DNA of 64,000 nt. Origin: a virus. Lineage: Duplodnaviria > Caudoviricetes. A program made the position numbers and the translations under genes. Each line of letters begins with the position of its first letter. Positions within the stretch are counted from its first letter, which is position 1. Location of the stretch: positions 1 through 64,000 of the IMG/VR virus record IMGVR_UViG_3300026549_000056, one strand, 5' to 3'. The notes under the pieces are model-generated. The model saw only the letters and a program-made list of their open reading frames with translations. It did not search any database and was not told the DNA's origin. Shown one piece after another: positions 19,712-29,603 of this stretch.

Positions 19712-19821
19712 TATATCCTGGTTGTAGTTAGCTACTCGAAAGGAATACCGCAAGTTCCTTGAAGTATTTCCCTAAAATACCTCCTTCCATAGCGCGGCGG
19801 CCGCTATAAGTCCGCCAACTT

Positions 19822-19892
19822 GCCCGTTAATATAATGGTTTAGTATGCGAGTTACCAAACTTGAGATCTAGGTTCGATTCCCAGGACGGGCT
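19822..19892 (+). pseudogene. atypical tRNA, Gly-like, 6-nt loop TACCAA
   Basis: GCCCGTT/GACGGGC-U73 acceptor, D and T arms present, anticodon loop short. Confidence 0.5.
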
Positions 19893-19895
19893 TTA

Positions 19896-19972
19896 AAGAC
19901 TTGGACAGCAAAACATAACATAACAACATAAATTCTGCTTTAAATAGTTGAATTGAATTGCACATGAGTCTT
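19896..19972 (+). ncRNA. ACAGCAA-motif RNA copy 4
   Basis: AAGACTT/GAGTCTT stem followed by GGACAGCAA. Confidence 0.45.
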
Positions 19973-20175
19973 GACTTTTCATTTTCCTTTCCTTTCTTAT
20001 ATATGGAGAAGCGTTCAGCAATATAATAAAACAACTTTATGAAAATTCTTCCAGAACAAAACACAACTACTTGGTCAGTAGTTTCGCTTCTCGACATAAA
20101 AAACGAACTCTAAGGAAAGTGTTTTGATGGGGCGACATATAGTTGCCCCATTTTTTGACTCAAAAGGAGAAATAT

Positions 20176-20427
20176 ATGTATGCAGTTATTGATAGCCAAA
20201 CTAACCAGTATTTTTCTCACAATGGAGCTGTAATTTTGTTTGATAGCATTGACCAAGCTGTTACCATTGCTCAGCAATTTTGTGGGTATGCAATGGCACG
20301 GATGATGACTGAAAATCTTGGTCGAATATCTGAGGTGATTGGCTTTAAAAACGCTTTGCAGATAGAAGAGTGGAATTATGAAACTACAGCCGCAGCGACT
20401 GTTTTATTTACCGATTTACAGAAATGA
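20176..20427 (+). CDS. hypothetical protein
   Basis: AAGGAG RBS. Confidence 0.55.
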   Translation: MYAVIDSQTNQYFSHNGAVILFDSIDQAVTIAQQFCGYAMARMMTENLGRISEVIGFKNALQIEEWNYETTAAATVLFTDLQK

Positions 20428-20588
20428 AAAATATTCAACGTAAACCTAAGCCATCAGCTGGTACTGGTTGGAGGTAGATGGCTGCTGGTGGTGTCATAGA
20501 AAAGATAGACATGGATGTGGTTCATGCAAATCTTTAAGAAAATTTAAACGAGACTACAAGGATAAGAAAGAAAAGGAGAAATTTAACT

Positions 20589-21032
20589 ATGACAAATAGC
20601 TTTATGAACGCTCTGAAGAATGATGCTAATTTTACATACACTGAGAATGGGGCGGTAACACATAAGACCACAAACTCAGACGTATATGATATGTTTGCTC
20701 TTGGTGGAGCTTATAGAGACAGGACAGACGAGGATGTTATTCTTCTATTTAAGAACGCACTTGACGAGAACCGCGATCTTGCAATGAAGTGTTTATTTTA
20801 TCTTCGTGACATTTTAGAGGGGCAAGGAGAAAGACGATTTTTTAAAGTAGCTTTTCATTGGTTAGCAATTAATTATCCAGAGATAGCAAGAAAAAACTAT
20901 AAATTAATTCCTCTTTATGGCAGGTATGATGATCTTTATTGTCTTGTAGATACTCCTTTGGAAAAAGAAATGTTTAGTTTTATGAAGCATGAAGTTGCGG
21001 AAGGATTAAAAATTTTAAATGCAGTAAAATAA
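20589..21032 (+). CDS. DUF2828-type (TROVE/Ro60-like) protein, N-terminal half
   Basis: TYTENGA...LFYLRDI..GQGERRFF...YGRYDDL. Confidence 0.8.
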   Translation: MTNSFMNALKNDANFTYTENGAVTHKTTNSDVYDMFALGGAYRDRTDEDVILLFKNALDENRDLAMKCLFYLRDILEGQGERRFFKVAFHWLAINYPEIARKNYKLIPLYGRYDDLYCLVDTPLEKEMFSFMKHEVAEGLKILNAVK

Positions 21033-21166
21033 TAAAAAATTTTTAGTTTATATGCACAAACTTAAATTAGATAGAAGAGTCTACATAGGACAAACATGTA
21101 TGTCTTAAAACAGCTTTTGGTTATCATTGGAAATATCTTGAAAAAGATAATAAGGAGATTTTATGA
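21019..21166 (+). pseudogene. GIY-YIG homing endonuclease remnant (start and end only)
   Basis: KFLVYMHKLKLDRRVYIGQT followed by NUMOD1-like KTAFGYHWKY. Confidence 0.65.
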
Positions 21167-22272
21167 ATAATTATAATACTGGATTAATTTTTAAATGGTT
21201 GAAATCTGAAAACGCTTCTTCAACTGAAACTAAGAAACTTGCAAAAAAGACTCGTGAAGCTTTTAATATGACTGCTCGTGAATATAGAAAACTTCTTTCC
21301 TACGGAAGAGAAAAGACTAAAGTTCTTGAGCGTTTAATGTCAGCAAATGAATGGGATAAAATTGATTTTTCAAAAATTCCTTCCAAGGCAGGACTTGTTT
21401 ATCGAAATGCTTTCGCTCGCCGCGACATTCTTGCTAAGAAGTATGAAGCCTTTGCTAAGAGCAAGGATACCAAGGTAAATGCAGATGCACTGTATCCGCA
21501 TGATGTTGCTCACAGAGCTTTTGCAATGCGTTACAACACAAACCTTGAAGATCCTACTCGTCTTATGCTTCAGAAGTATTGGGATAATCTCAAGGACTTC
21601 TACAATGGCAGAGAAGAGAATGGCATCGCGGTTGTTGATGTGTCTGGCTCTATGACTGGTACTCCGATGGAAGCTGCGGTTTCTATGGGTGCTTATATTG
21701 CAGACAAGGCACATGGCCCGTTCGCAAATCACTTCATCACTTTCTCAGCTCATCCTGAGCTGGTAAGATTTGAGGGAGTCGATATTGTCGATAAGCTCAA
21801 TCGTTGCGTTCAGGCGGACTGGGGTATGAATACCAACGTACAGGCGGTATTTGATATGCTTCTGAACACCGCTATGAAACAGGGTGTAAAGGCTGAAGAT
21901 ATGCCGACCAGAATCTACATCTTCTCCGACATGGAGTTTGATGAGTGTGTATCTTTTGATCGTACCTCTAAGCGTTCTCGTAGCTCTTGGAGTAGATGGG
22001 ATGATTGCCGTACCGTCAATTCTGTTGATGAGGTAAACTCTGATCTTGAGAACATTAAACTGGAGTGGGCACGTCATGGATACCAGATGCCTCAGGTAAT
22101 CTTCTGGAATTTAGCATCACGGCAGAATAGAATCCCTGCGATTGGAGAAGGCTTTAGCTATGTCAGCGGTTTTTCTCCCGTTATGATTGAGAATATTCTT
22201 TCGGGAAAAGACGGTTATAGTTTAATGCTTGATAAACTCCTAAGTTCGCGGTACGATGCCGTTGTAGCTTAA
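21163..22272 (+). CDS. DUF2828-type protein, C-terminal half with vWA domain
   Basis: KWLKSENASS, MIDAS DVSGSM, IFSDMEFD, VIFWN, VSGFS; own AAGGAG RBS. Confidence 0.85.
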   Translation: MNNYNTGLIFKWLKSENASSTETKKLAKKTREAFNMTAREYRKLLSYGREKTKVLERLMSANEWDKIDFSKIPSKAGLVYRNAFARRDILAKKYEAFAKSKDTKVNADALYPHDVAHRAFAMRYNTNLEDPTRLMLQKYWDNLKDFYNGREENGIAVVDVSGSMTGTPMEAAVSMGAYIADKAHGPFANHFITFSAHPELVRFEGVDIVDKLNRCVQADWGMNTNVQAVFDMLLNTAMKQGVKAEDMPTRIYIFSDMEFDECVSFDRTSKRSRSSWSRWDDCRTVNSVDEVNSDLENIKLEWARHGYQMPQVIFWNLASRQNRIPAIGEGFSYVSGFSPVMIENILSGKDGYSLMLDKLLSSRYDAVVA

Positions 22273-22372
22273 AAATAATTTTTATATGCTGGGACAAAAG
22301 TGTTAAATTGTTCCAGCATATTTTTTATATATAATAGCAGGGATAGAATTTAAATATACGGAGGTTTTTATT

Positions 22373-23278
22373 ATGGCAAAAATAGATTTAACTGGACAAC
22401 GTTTTGGAATGTGGACAGTTTTAGAAGAAACCGCAGAACGTGATTCAAGTAGAAATATTATGTGGAAATGTAAATGTGATTGTGGAACAATTAGAAATGT
22501 TTCTGGTCATAGTTTACGACGTGGAAAAAGTTTATCTTGTGGATGCACTCAATTAAATAGAAGTGTCGATATGATTGGACAAAAATTTGGAATGTTGACA
22601 GTTCTTAAACGAGTTTTTGATCCTAATGTTAAAGAAATTTTGTGGGAGTGTAAATGTGATTGTGGAAATACTTGTGTTCGTTCTACGAGTGCTTTAAAAA
22701 GAAAAACCTTTTCTAATTGTGGATGTTATAATATTTCTCTATTAACAAAAGACTTAGAAGATTTAACCAATCAACATTTTGGAAAATTAACAGTATTAAA
22801 GTTATCCCCTGATCGAAATAAATTTGGAGCAAGAATGTGGGAGTGTCAATGTGAATGTGGAAATAAAATTAAAGTAGATACTAAATCTCTTAAATCTGGC
22901 AATACCACTTCTTGCGGTTGTATTAATTACTCAATTGGAGAAAAAAATATTAATGATGTTTTAACTAAAAATAATATCATTTTCTCTTCTCAATATACAG
23001 AACCATCTTTAAATAAAAAGAAGTTTGATTTTGCAATATATGATAATAATAAAGTAATTCGTTTAATTGAATTTGATGGGATTCAACATTTCAATGGAAC
23101 TCACGGGATGTGGGACTCTACAGAAACAGTAGAAGATATACAAGCAAGAGACCGAATTAAAGATCTTTGGGCAAAAGAACATAATATTCCTTTAGTTCGC
23201 ATTCCATATTGGGAGAGAGATAATATTACATTAGATATGCTATTAGGCGATCAATATCTTATAAAAGGAGATGCGTAA
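22373..23278 (+). CDS. free-standing homing endonuclease (Zn repeats plus PD-(D/E)XK/Vsr-like domain)
   Basis: three (D)LxGQxFGxLTV..WxCxCDCG-type repeats; FDFAI...LIEFDGIQH...DxxKD. Confidence 0.75.
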   Translation: MAKIDLTGQRFGMWTVLEETAERDSSRNIMWKCKCDCGTIRNVSGHSLRRGKSLSCGCTQLNRSVDMIGQKFGMLTVLKRVFDPNVKEILWECKCDCGNTCVRSTSALKRKTFSNCGCYNISLLTKDLEDLTNQHFGKLTVLKLSPDRNKFGARMWECQCECGNKIKVDTKSLKSGNTTSCGCINYSIGEKNINDVLTKNNIIFSSQYTEPSLNKKKFDFAIYDNNKVIRLIEFDGIQHFNGTHGMWDSTETVEDIQARDRIKDLWAKEHNIPLVRIPYWERDNITLDMLLGDQYLIKGDA

Positions 23279-23478
23279 GCATCTCCTTCTTTTTTGTATA
23301 TGCAAAAATTTCCTAGAACCTGATGAATAGATCTCAGAGGCGGCTCGGCCCGCAGACACCTGGGGCAGGATGGTCAGTTACACTTAATATCCCAATGTTT
23401 AAGGGCGATGAAGGTAGAAATTTTATAGAAAGATATATCTATGTGAATGAATAAAAAATAAAAGGGGTTGGTGTAGAT

Positions 23479-23646
23479 TCACCAACCCCTTGACTATTTA
23501 ACCCCATCATAATTAAAACTCGTTATCTGATGGAATTCTTCTTTTGTTAAATATTTAATTGAAACTAATTTAAACACATCGTATAGAGAGTAAACACCTT
23601 CAGAATATTTACTGGCTACAATAGCTTTTGAATCTTGTTGTTTCAT
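23479..23646 (-). CDS. XkdX-like small protein (TAG read-through)
   Basis: LTKEEFHQIT motif; ends VK*SRGW-TGA. Confidence 0.45.
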
Positions 23647-24101
23647 ATAAATATACCCCTATATATAAAAAATTTTATACAGATATATTTAATAAGTTCT
23701 GCCCAGGTGCATAAAAAAATGAGGGAATCCTTACGGTTCCCTCAAATCACTATAGCAACAACTACACTAGCTGGTTTTTGAACTGCATAAAATGTAACTG
23801 TTTTAGTAGAAGTATCTGCTGCTGCATAATTAATACAATCAAAAGCCGTTTGTAAAGAGGCCCCGAGCAAATACATGCCCGAGGCCATCAGAATCATTCG
23901 CGCTGCGGCACGTATGGTTCTCTCACTGCTCACACGCCGGCTTATGCCAGCTCCTCGATCAGTGTTTCGCACAGCCTGCTCAACGCGGTATTAGTTTCGG
24001 CAATCTTGATAATAATGTCATACCGCATCCCGTATCTCCTGCTTTTCCTCTTCGGACAGCTTTGGCCATCCAGCAAGTATTGACTATCAGCTAGAATGTA
24101 C

Positions 24102-26231
24102 TTATGCTATGCGTCGCCACATGTACACCGCTAAGTATGGTGGCATGTTGTTGTGTGGTTGAGAACCGCCTGTTTCTCTTATGTTCAGTGTAAATAATCT
24201 TCCCTGTGGGCCACTTGCAATGGCACTCATATCAGATTCAACTGCCCCGTTGTTAAGACCAATTTTCCAATTCTTAGATGAATCCATATCAAAATAATAG
24301 TCATGGCTATGTCTTGGCATCTCATCTATTGTCAGTGTATGCTGTGCCTCGCCGCCTGTGCTCCCTGCCGCATATGCATCACCAGCAGCCAGCAGGAACC
24401 GGTCTTTGATCCGTTCCCACGTGCCGCCAATAAATGTACCCGGATTGGTATCGTTGACCGACAGGTAGATGGAACCGACTGGGTATAACTTCGCTATACT
24501 CTGATTAACGCTGTTTATGGATTTAACAATGTCTCTCAGCAGATCCGGCAGATCACGAATCTGTTCTTCCAGTGTATCCAGTTTTGCCTTATCAGCTTTT
24601 GACATTAATCCATTAGCTGACGAGGTAGCAGTTGCTCCAGAGTACGATGTTGCGGATATTCCCTCTTGGAATGTTGTCTTCCCATACACAGTCCCACCGG
24701 CAACATCCAAAGCTCCGAGTGCTTCAGCGGGTGAGAATGACGGTCGTGAATCAAGTAGACGCATTCCAGCTATTTCGAGCTGATTATATCCAAAATCTCC
24801 ACTCTTTGTTGAGTATGGAGTAGCTGCATAAATGGTAATACGAATCCCCTTGATCCATAAATAGCTCAAGCCATCATCTTTATAGGGATTTAATCCGCAC
24901 CATAAGCAGTTTATACTATCTGACACATTTGTTCTTTCAAATACAGTTAGCCAATCCCCACCCTTCCAAGTATGGTTTGTATAATCAGGACTATTGGGAC
25001 CGTATGCCATAATTTCCAGCTTCCAATGCTTCAGTCTTGCATTAGATTGCCATCCCCTATGTTCGTAAAATATTAATGTTAAAACATCTGTCGTTGTAAT
25101 TTCATGTCTTCTTACAATCGTTAATATTGCGGGATCCGATTCCGAAATAAGATTAGTTGCAATAGTACAATCAGATGATAAATCTGCCGTAAAAAGCCCA
25201 GCTATATTGGAAAAATGTTGGGTTGTTGTAATTGTATAATCTGATTTTTTATGGGCTAAATAAAAATAATCTCCCTCTCCTGACGCCGCATAAAAATTTT
25301 TGATTTTATATAATGAGCGAGAAGCATCATTGAAATCAAAGTGTCCAACTTCATTTGTATTTGTTGCCGTTTGCCCGATCAATTTGTAATACGGTTTATC
25401 GACATCGGAAGTATTATCGACATTCCCCAGACCGACATCCGCCTTGCTCAGTGACACTGCGCCCGTTTTGCCGTTGACAGACTTGACGTTCGACCCTGCG
25501 CCGATGCCGTCGAGCTTCGATTTATCCGCAGCGCTCATCAGGCCATCTGTACTGGAGGTAGCAATGCCGTACGTGGTATTGGTATCTTGCTGCGTAAAGG
25601 TACTGGTAGTCCCATCCAATGCCGTTGCTGTAAATGTCGTACCACTTCGTGTAATACTCTTAATTGCTTTGGACTGGTCAAGGTTTGCAACATTGCCAAG
25701 GCCTACTTGTGCTGGTGTATGTGTATGACTTGCAGGGGCGGCGCCAATTTCACTTGCACTATAACTTGGCTTTTTGGCGGCCTTGGCCCATGCGTAAACG
25801 TCACTAGCTGGCCTGGCGTTACTTAATCTACTATCACTAGTAGTTACATAGTTAGACAAATCAACATTAGAACCTAGAGCATCCCATGTTGTACCATTCC
25901 AAGCAACATTCATACCCGCCTTACCATAAGAACTATCATTAGTAATATTATAAACATCGCCAACTACTTGTCCAGAGGTAGGAAGCTTGTCTGCTGTCAC
26001 ACTACCTTTATATTTATAAGTAGATGCAACAGCAGCATTAATTTTTGTATCTGTTTCGCTCTTGGTATAAGCACCAACATCGCCCGCGCCAAGAGAAATA
26101 TTACTAGATAATGCTTTTCCATTAACTGTTCTAGTATTAGGAACTGCACTGTTTGCCGCATTTCTAGCTGTAGTATCTTTTAAATTATAAGTAGTTCCAT
26201 TAGGAAGTTTTATTGCACCTATATCAGCCAT
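24102..26231 (-). CDS. tail fibre protein
   Basis: GLMSAADKSKLD repeats, VKSVNGKTGAV, C-terminal YPVGSIY...HNNMPPYLAVYMWRR. Confidence 0.8.
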   Translation of the reverse strand: MADIGAIKLPNGTTYNLKDTTARNAANSAVPNTRTVNGKALSSNISLGAGDVGAYTKSETDTKINAAVASTYKYKGSVTADKLPTSGQVVGDVYNITNDSSYGKAGMNVAWNGTTWDALGSNVDLSNYVTTSDSRLSNARPASDVYAWAKAAKKPSYSASEIGAAPASHTHTPAQVGLGNVANLDQSKAIKSITRSGTTFTATALDGTTSTFTQQDTNTTYGIATSSTDGLMSAADKSKLDGIGAGSNVKSVNGKTGAVSLSKADVGLGNVDNTSDVDKPYYKLIGQTATNTNEVGHFDFNDASRSLYKIKNFYAASGEGDYFYLAHKKSDYTITTTQHFSNIAGLFTADLSSDCTIATNLISESDPAILTIVRRHEITTTDVLTLIFYEHRGWQSNARLKHWKLEIMAYGPNSPDYTNHTWKGGDWLTVFERTNVSDSINCLWCGLNPYKDDGLSYLWIKGIRITIYAATPYSTKSGDFGYNQLEIAGMRLLDSRPSFSPAEALGALDVAGGTVYGKTTFQEGISATSYSGATATSSANGLMSKADKAKLDTLEEQIRDLPDLLRDIVKSINSVNQSIAKLYPVGSIYLSVNDTNPGTFIGGTWERIKDRFLLAAGDAYAAGSTGGEAQHTLTIDEMPRHSHDYYFDMDSSKNWKIGLNNGAVESDMSAIASGPQGRLFTLNIRETGGSQPHNNMPPYLAVYMWRRIA

Positions 26232-26252
26232 ATTTTAACTCCCTTCTACTTA

Positions 26253-27038
26253 TTATTCTACTGTAACTGTAACGGCCTCGCCAGTGAATGTAGGCTGAGA
26301 AACAGTCCCTTTTGGAGTAAAATTACCAGTAGAAGTAGTTGCTTCTCCAGTAAATGAACCAGTCAGTTGAACGCCTGTTCCAGAGAATGAACCTGTTGCT
26401 GTTGCACTCTTAACACCAGTTGCTACAGAAGTATCCGCTCCCTTAGTAGGAAGAGCACCTGCATTCCAACCGATAGTAAGAGTTTCATCGCTGACCGATG
26501 TAGTAAGAGAAGGAAGCGTGCCGACCCCAGTAATAGAATTAACAGTAGTAGTATTCATTGTAACGGTAGGGGTAACACTCACTGAACCAGAAGGTGTATA
26601 GTTAGCTGTACCTGTACCAGTAGCAATAGATACAGAACCCTTTGGAGTACCACTTACACTTACAGAACCTGCTTCACCTTGAAAACTAGGTTTAGAAACA
26701 GTACCAGCCGCCGCTACATTGCCCGTTGCAAAATCTTTGTATGCAAGTTTTCCATGGTCACTAGTATCACCAAATTTATGCCATACATTATCCTGTCCAA
26801 CTACAAATTCTGCTGCACCACGAGTTACAAATTGGCCTGCAACAGGGGTGGTTGTTGAAGTTTCACCATTATATAATACGGTAATCTCTGCAATAGCAGC
26901 GCCATCTGTAATAGCCGTTTGAGATTCACCGATATAGATTTTAGATGCAGACATAGCTGCAATATCGCTTCTAGCCTTAGCATCTTTTATATTATACGTT
27001 GTGCCAGAAGGCAACGTAATTTTACTAATATCTGCCAT
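26253..27038 (-). CDS. Ser/Thr/Gly-rich fibre-associated protein
   Basis: N-terminus paralogous to that of 24102-26231; GTVSxPxFxG repeats. Confidence 0.65.
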   Translation of the reverse strand: MADISKITLPSGTTYNIKDAKARSDIAAMSASKIYIGESQTAITDGAAIAEITVLYNGETSTTTPVAGQFVTRGAAEFVVGQDNVWHKFGDTSDHGKLAYKDFATGNVAAAGTVSKPSFQGEAGSVSVSGTPKGSVSIATGTGTANYTPSGSVSVTPTVTMNTTTVNSITGVGTLPSLTTSVSDETLTIGWNAGALPTKGADTSVATGVKSATATGSFSGTGVQLTGSFTGEATTSTGNFTPKGTVSQPTFTGEAVTVTVE

Positions 27039-27056
27039 AATTATTCCCTTTCTTTA

Positions 27057-27521
27057 TTAGCTAACTAATGAAAGAACTAAATTTTCATCAGTTGATTTAG
27101 CATCCGCTGTGATAGCTTTATTCCATTTTGTTCGTTCTTCTGCTGTAATGTGAATATCAGTATCAGTGATATGTTTCATGTAAATAGTATCAACAAAAGG
27201 TAAATCAACTACATAAGCTAATCCATCGCCGATTTTAATACCTGGAATATTTTTTCCATCATCGGTTTGATGATCGGTATATACATAGATGACATCTTTT
27301 TCACTTGTTAATGAGGTCTGTTGTGCCCATTCTGCTGTCGTAGCACTTTTTACTTTACCAGTGGTATCAGCAGTAGGATTGATTAGAGTACGTTTCAATA
27401 TTCCATCTACTAAAGCATCAATATAGAATTTTCCATCATCTGTTGTGAAATAAGCATATCCATCGTGCATATCGGTAGGAAGATTTACGGCTTTACCTTT
27501 GAAAATTTTGAATAGACTCAA
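27057..27521 (-). CDS. fibre-associated protein
   Basis: IKIGDG..LPF motif. Confidence 0.6.
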   Translation of the reverse strand: MSLFKIFKGKAVNLPTDMHDGYAYFTTDDGKFYIDALVDGILKRTLINPTADTTGKVKSATTAEWAQQTSLTSEKDVIYVYTDHQTDDGKNIPGIKIGDGLAYVVDLPFVDTIYMKHITDTDIHITAEERTKWNKAITADAKSTDENLVLSLVS

Positions 27522-27629
27522 AATATTTATCCCCCTTTATATGCGTCTCTGACTGTCCATACAAAAAGAGTGGGCGGACCGCATTAAACGAGCCGCGCCC
27601 CTTCTATATAATATTTAAATCAGATTAAA

Positions 27630-27757
27630 TTAAAAAGATCCCCAAGTTAAGGATTCTTCGATCAGACTATCTGCGTACTTCTTAGCACCTGCAATTGTCT
27701 TAGATTCAGCAGTATCAGTATCTCCACCTTCGAGAGCTGTCTTAACTGTATCAAATG
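27630..27757 (-). pseudogene. orphan C-terminal fragment of a virion protein
   Basis: ...KTIAGAKKYADSLIEESLTWGSF* with no start codon or RBS. Confidence 0.45.
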
Positions 27758-27938
27758 TATTTCAACTATCGTTATTATTTAAAAATAGTTCACGGAGGTT
27801 CAATAAGTTTTGTCCAACAACATTTAAGGATATTGATATCTTATAAAAAATATAATATAATATACTTACAAAAGATAAGAGAGATACAATGAGGCGCGGC
27901 AGCAGGTTATAAGCTTCCAAAAAAGAGGTAATATAATA

Positions 27939-29156
27939 ATGTTAGATAAAAATGGCACCAGACAATTAGCATACGTTGTAGTTGTTGATACGGTAACTCC
28001 TATTGAGGGGTATGATCGAGTTGAGCTTGCTCATGTTGGCGGCTGGACTATTGTTGTTGGTAAAGGCGAGTTCCATGCGGGCGATCCTGCTATTTATTTT
28101 GAAATTGACTCTAAACTGCCTGAAGTAGAGCCGTTTATTAATATGGAGTTCCTTGCTAAGAAGCATTACAAAATCAAGACTCAGAAGATGTGCAAATCTT
28201 TATCTCAGGGGCTTCTTATGTCCGCCGCGAATTTCGGATGGACGATGGCCGATGGAGCAATCCTTGATTTAGATGGAAACAGACATAGTATTAACGATGA
28301 GTCTCGTTTTCTTACTGCCCAGCTTGGCGTAACTTATGCAGAACCTGGCGATAACAAGAGAAAGGCTACCTCTGTAGATAAGTATAAGAAGATGACGCAG
28401 CGGAATGGTAAACTTTTTAAGCACCAGCCTTTCCGTTGGCTAATGAAGCGGGAGTGGGGCAGAAAAATTCTGTTTGTTTTTTTTGGAAGGAAGCGGGATA
28501 AGAAGAGCAGTTGGCCTAGTTGGGTGTCGAAAACAGACGAGGAGCGTGTTGAGAACATACCTAGCGTATTGATGGATAAGACTGAATGGATAGCGACTGA
28601 GAAGTTAGATGGTACATCTACAACAGCTACTGTTCGAAGAGGTAAGTTTGGTAAATTTGATTATTACATTTGCTCTAGGAACGTAGTTTTCGATAAACCT
28701 GGAAAAAATTGCTTCTACGAGAAAAATGTTTATACTATGATGTCAGAGAAGTATCAGTTCGAGAAGGTTCTGATTGATCTCTGCAAGAAGTACAATCTGG
28801 AGTGGGCAACTCTTCAGGGCGAGACCTTTGGAGGCACTAATCCTCTAATTCAGAAAAACACTTATGATATGAAAGCTTGTGATTTCAGAGGTTTCAATCT
28901 TATCTTTTCTGACAGAGGTAGATTAAATTCTGTTGAGGCTGCGAAGATCATGGCTGAGTATGGAATTAAGTGGGTTCCGATTCTGGATGAGCATTATGTA
29001 CTTCCAGATACTATTGACGAGCTTCGTGCTTATGTTAATAGCCAGCCTTCCACTATCAACGGTAAGATCAAAGAGGGCATCGTTTTTAGATATCAGGATG
29101 GCTCTAAGTCCTTTAAGTGTGTAAGTCCTGAGTATCTGTTGAAATATCATCAGTAA
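27939..29156 (+). CDS. RNA ligase, Rnl2/DRB0094-like
   Basis: motifs TEKLDGTS, LQGE, FRGFNL, KEGIV, FKCVS; N-terminal tRNA-binding-like domain. Confidence 0.85.
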   Translation: MLDKNGTRQLAYVVVVDTVTPIEGYDRVELAHVGGWTIVVGKGEFHAGDPAIYFEIDSKLPEVEPFINMEFLAKKHYKIKTQKMCKSLSQGLLMSAANFGWTMADGAILDLDGNRHSINDESRFLTAQLGVTYAEPGDNKRKATSVDKYKKMTQRNGKLFKHQPFRWLMKREWGRKILFVFFGRKRDKKSSWPSWVSKTDEERVENIPSVLMDKTEWIATEKLDGTSTTATVRRGKFGKFDYYICSRNVVFDKPGKNCFYEKNVYTMMSEKYQFEKVLIDLCKKYNLEWATLQGETFGGTNPLIQKNTYDMKACDFRGFNLIFSDRGRLNSVEAAKIMAEYGIKWVPILDEHYVLPDTIDELRAYVNSQPSTINGKIKEGIVFRYQDGSKSFKCVSPEYLLKYHQ

Positions 29157-29167
29157 AGGAGAAGAAT

Positions 29168-29392
29168 ATGAAAGTAATGACAGTAAGAATAAGAGGGGTG
29201 GCAGATGCCGCAACTCTTGTTGAGCATGCAAAAGAGATCAATACAGATGTTACGATCCGGCACGGCAAATTCTGCATAGATGGAAAATCTATCCTTGGAG
29301 TCCTATCACTTGATATGTCAGATGGAGTTCAGGTAGAATACGATGAGGATGAAACAGAGTTTGAAAATTGGCTAAGGAGGTTTGAAGTTTAA
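29168..29392 (+). CDS. HPr-family protein lacking the His15 region
   Basis: IDGKSILGVLSL (Ser46 motif). Confidence 0.75.
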   Translation: MKVMTVRIRGVADAATLVEHAKEINTDVTIRHGKFCIDGKSILGVLSLDMSDGVQVEYDEDETEFENWLRRFEV

Positions 29393-29480
29393 TGAGCTAT
29401 TACGAAGAAAGAGCAAAACATGAAGCCGAAGAGAAAACTAAACAGGCAGCGCTCGCTAAGACAGATTCTGAATAAATACA

Positions 29481-29517
29481 AAAAAGGCAGGTACTTTAAT
29501 TAGTACCTGCCTTTTTT
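29481..29517. terminator. bidirectional terminator
   Basis: AAAAAGGCAGGTACT-ttaatt-AGTACCTGCCTTTTT between convergent genes. Confidence 0.75.
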
Positions 29518-29603
29518 GTAGTCAGTTGAAGGGATGGAAGAATCTTGAGCGGCCTGGATTCGGTCGCATTTCAAGACTAAAATCACCTTTTGACTTTTTT
29601 AGC

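Noticed and set aside
19910-19932. AAC-rich tract as the missing DGR template repeat
   Set aside because: No similarity to the invariant positions of either variable region; it is the loop of an ACAGCAA element
5243-20097. Track ORFs overlapping tRNAs (e.g. 5243-5542, 9191-9418, 11406-11633, 12383-12601, 14464-14761, 19852-20097)
   Set aside because: They are translations of tRNA or spacer sequence, with no RBS or protein motifs
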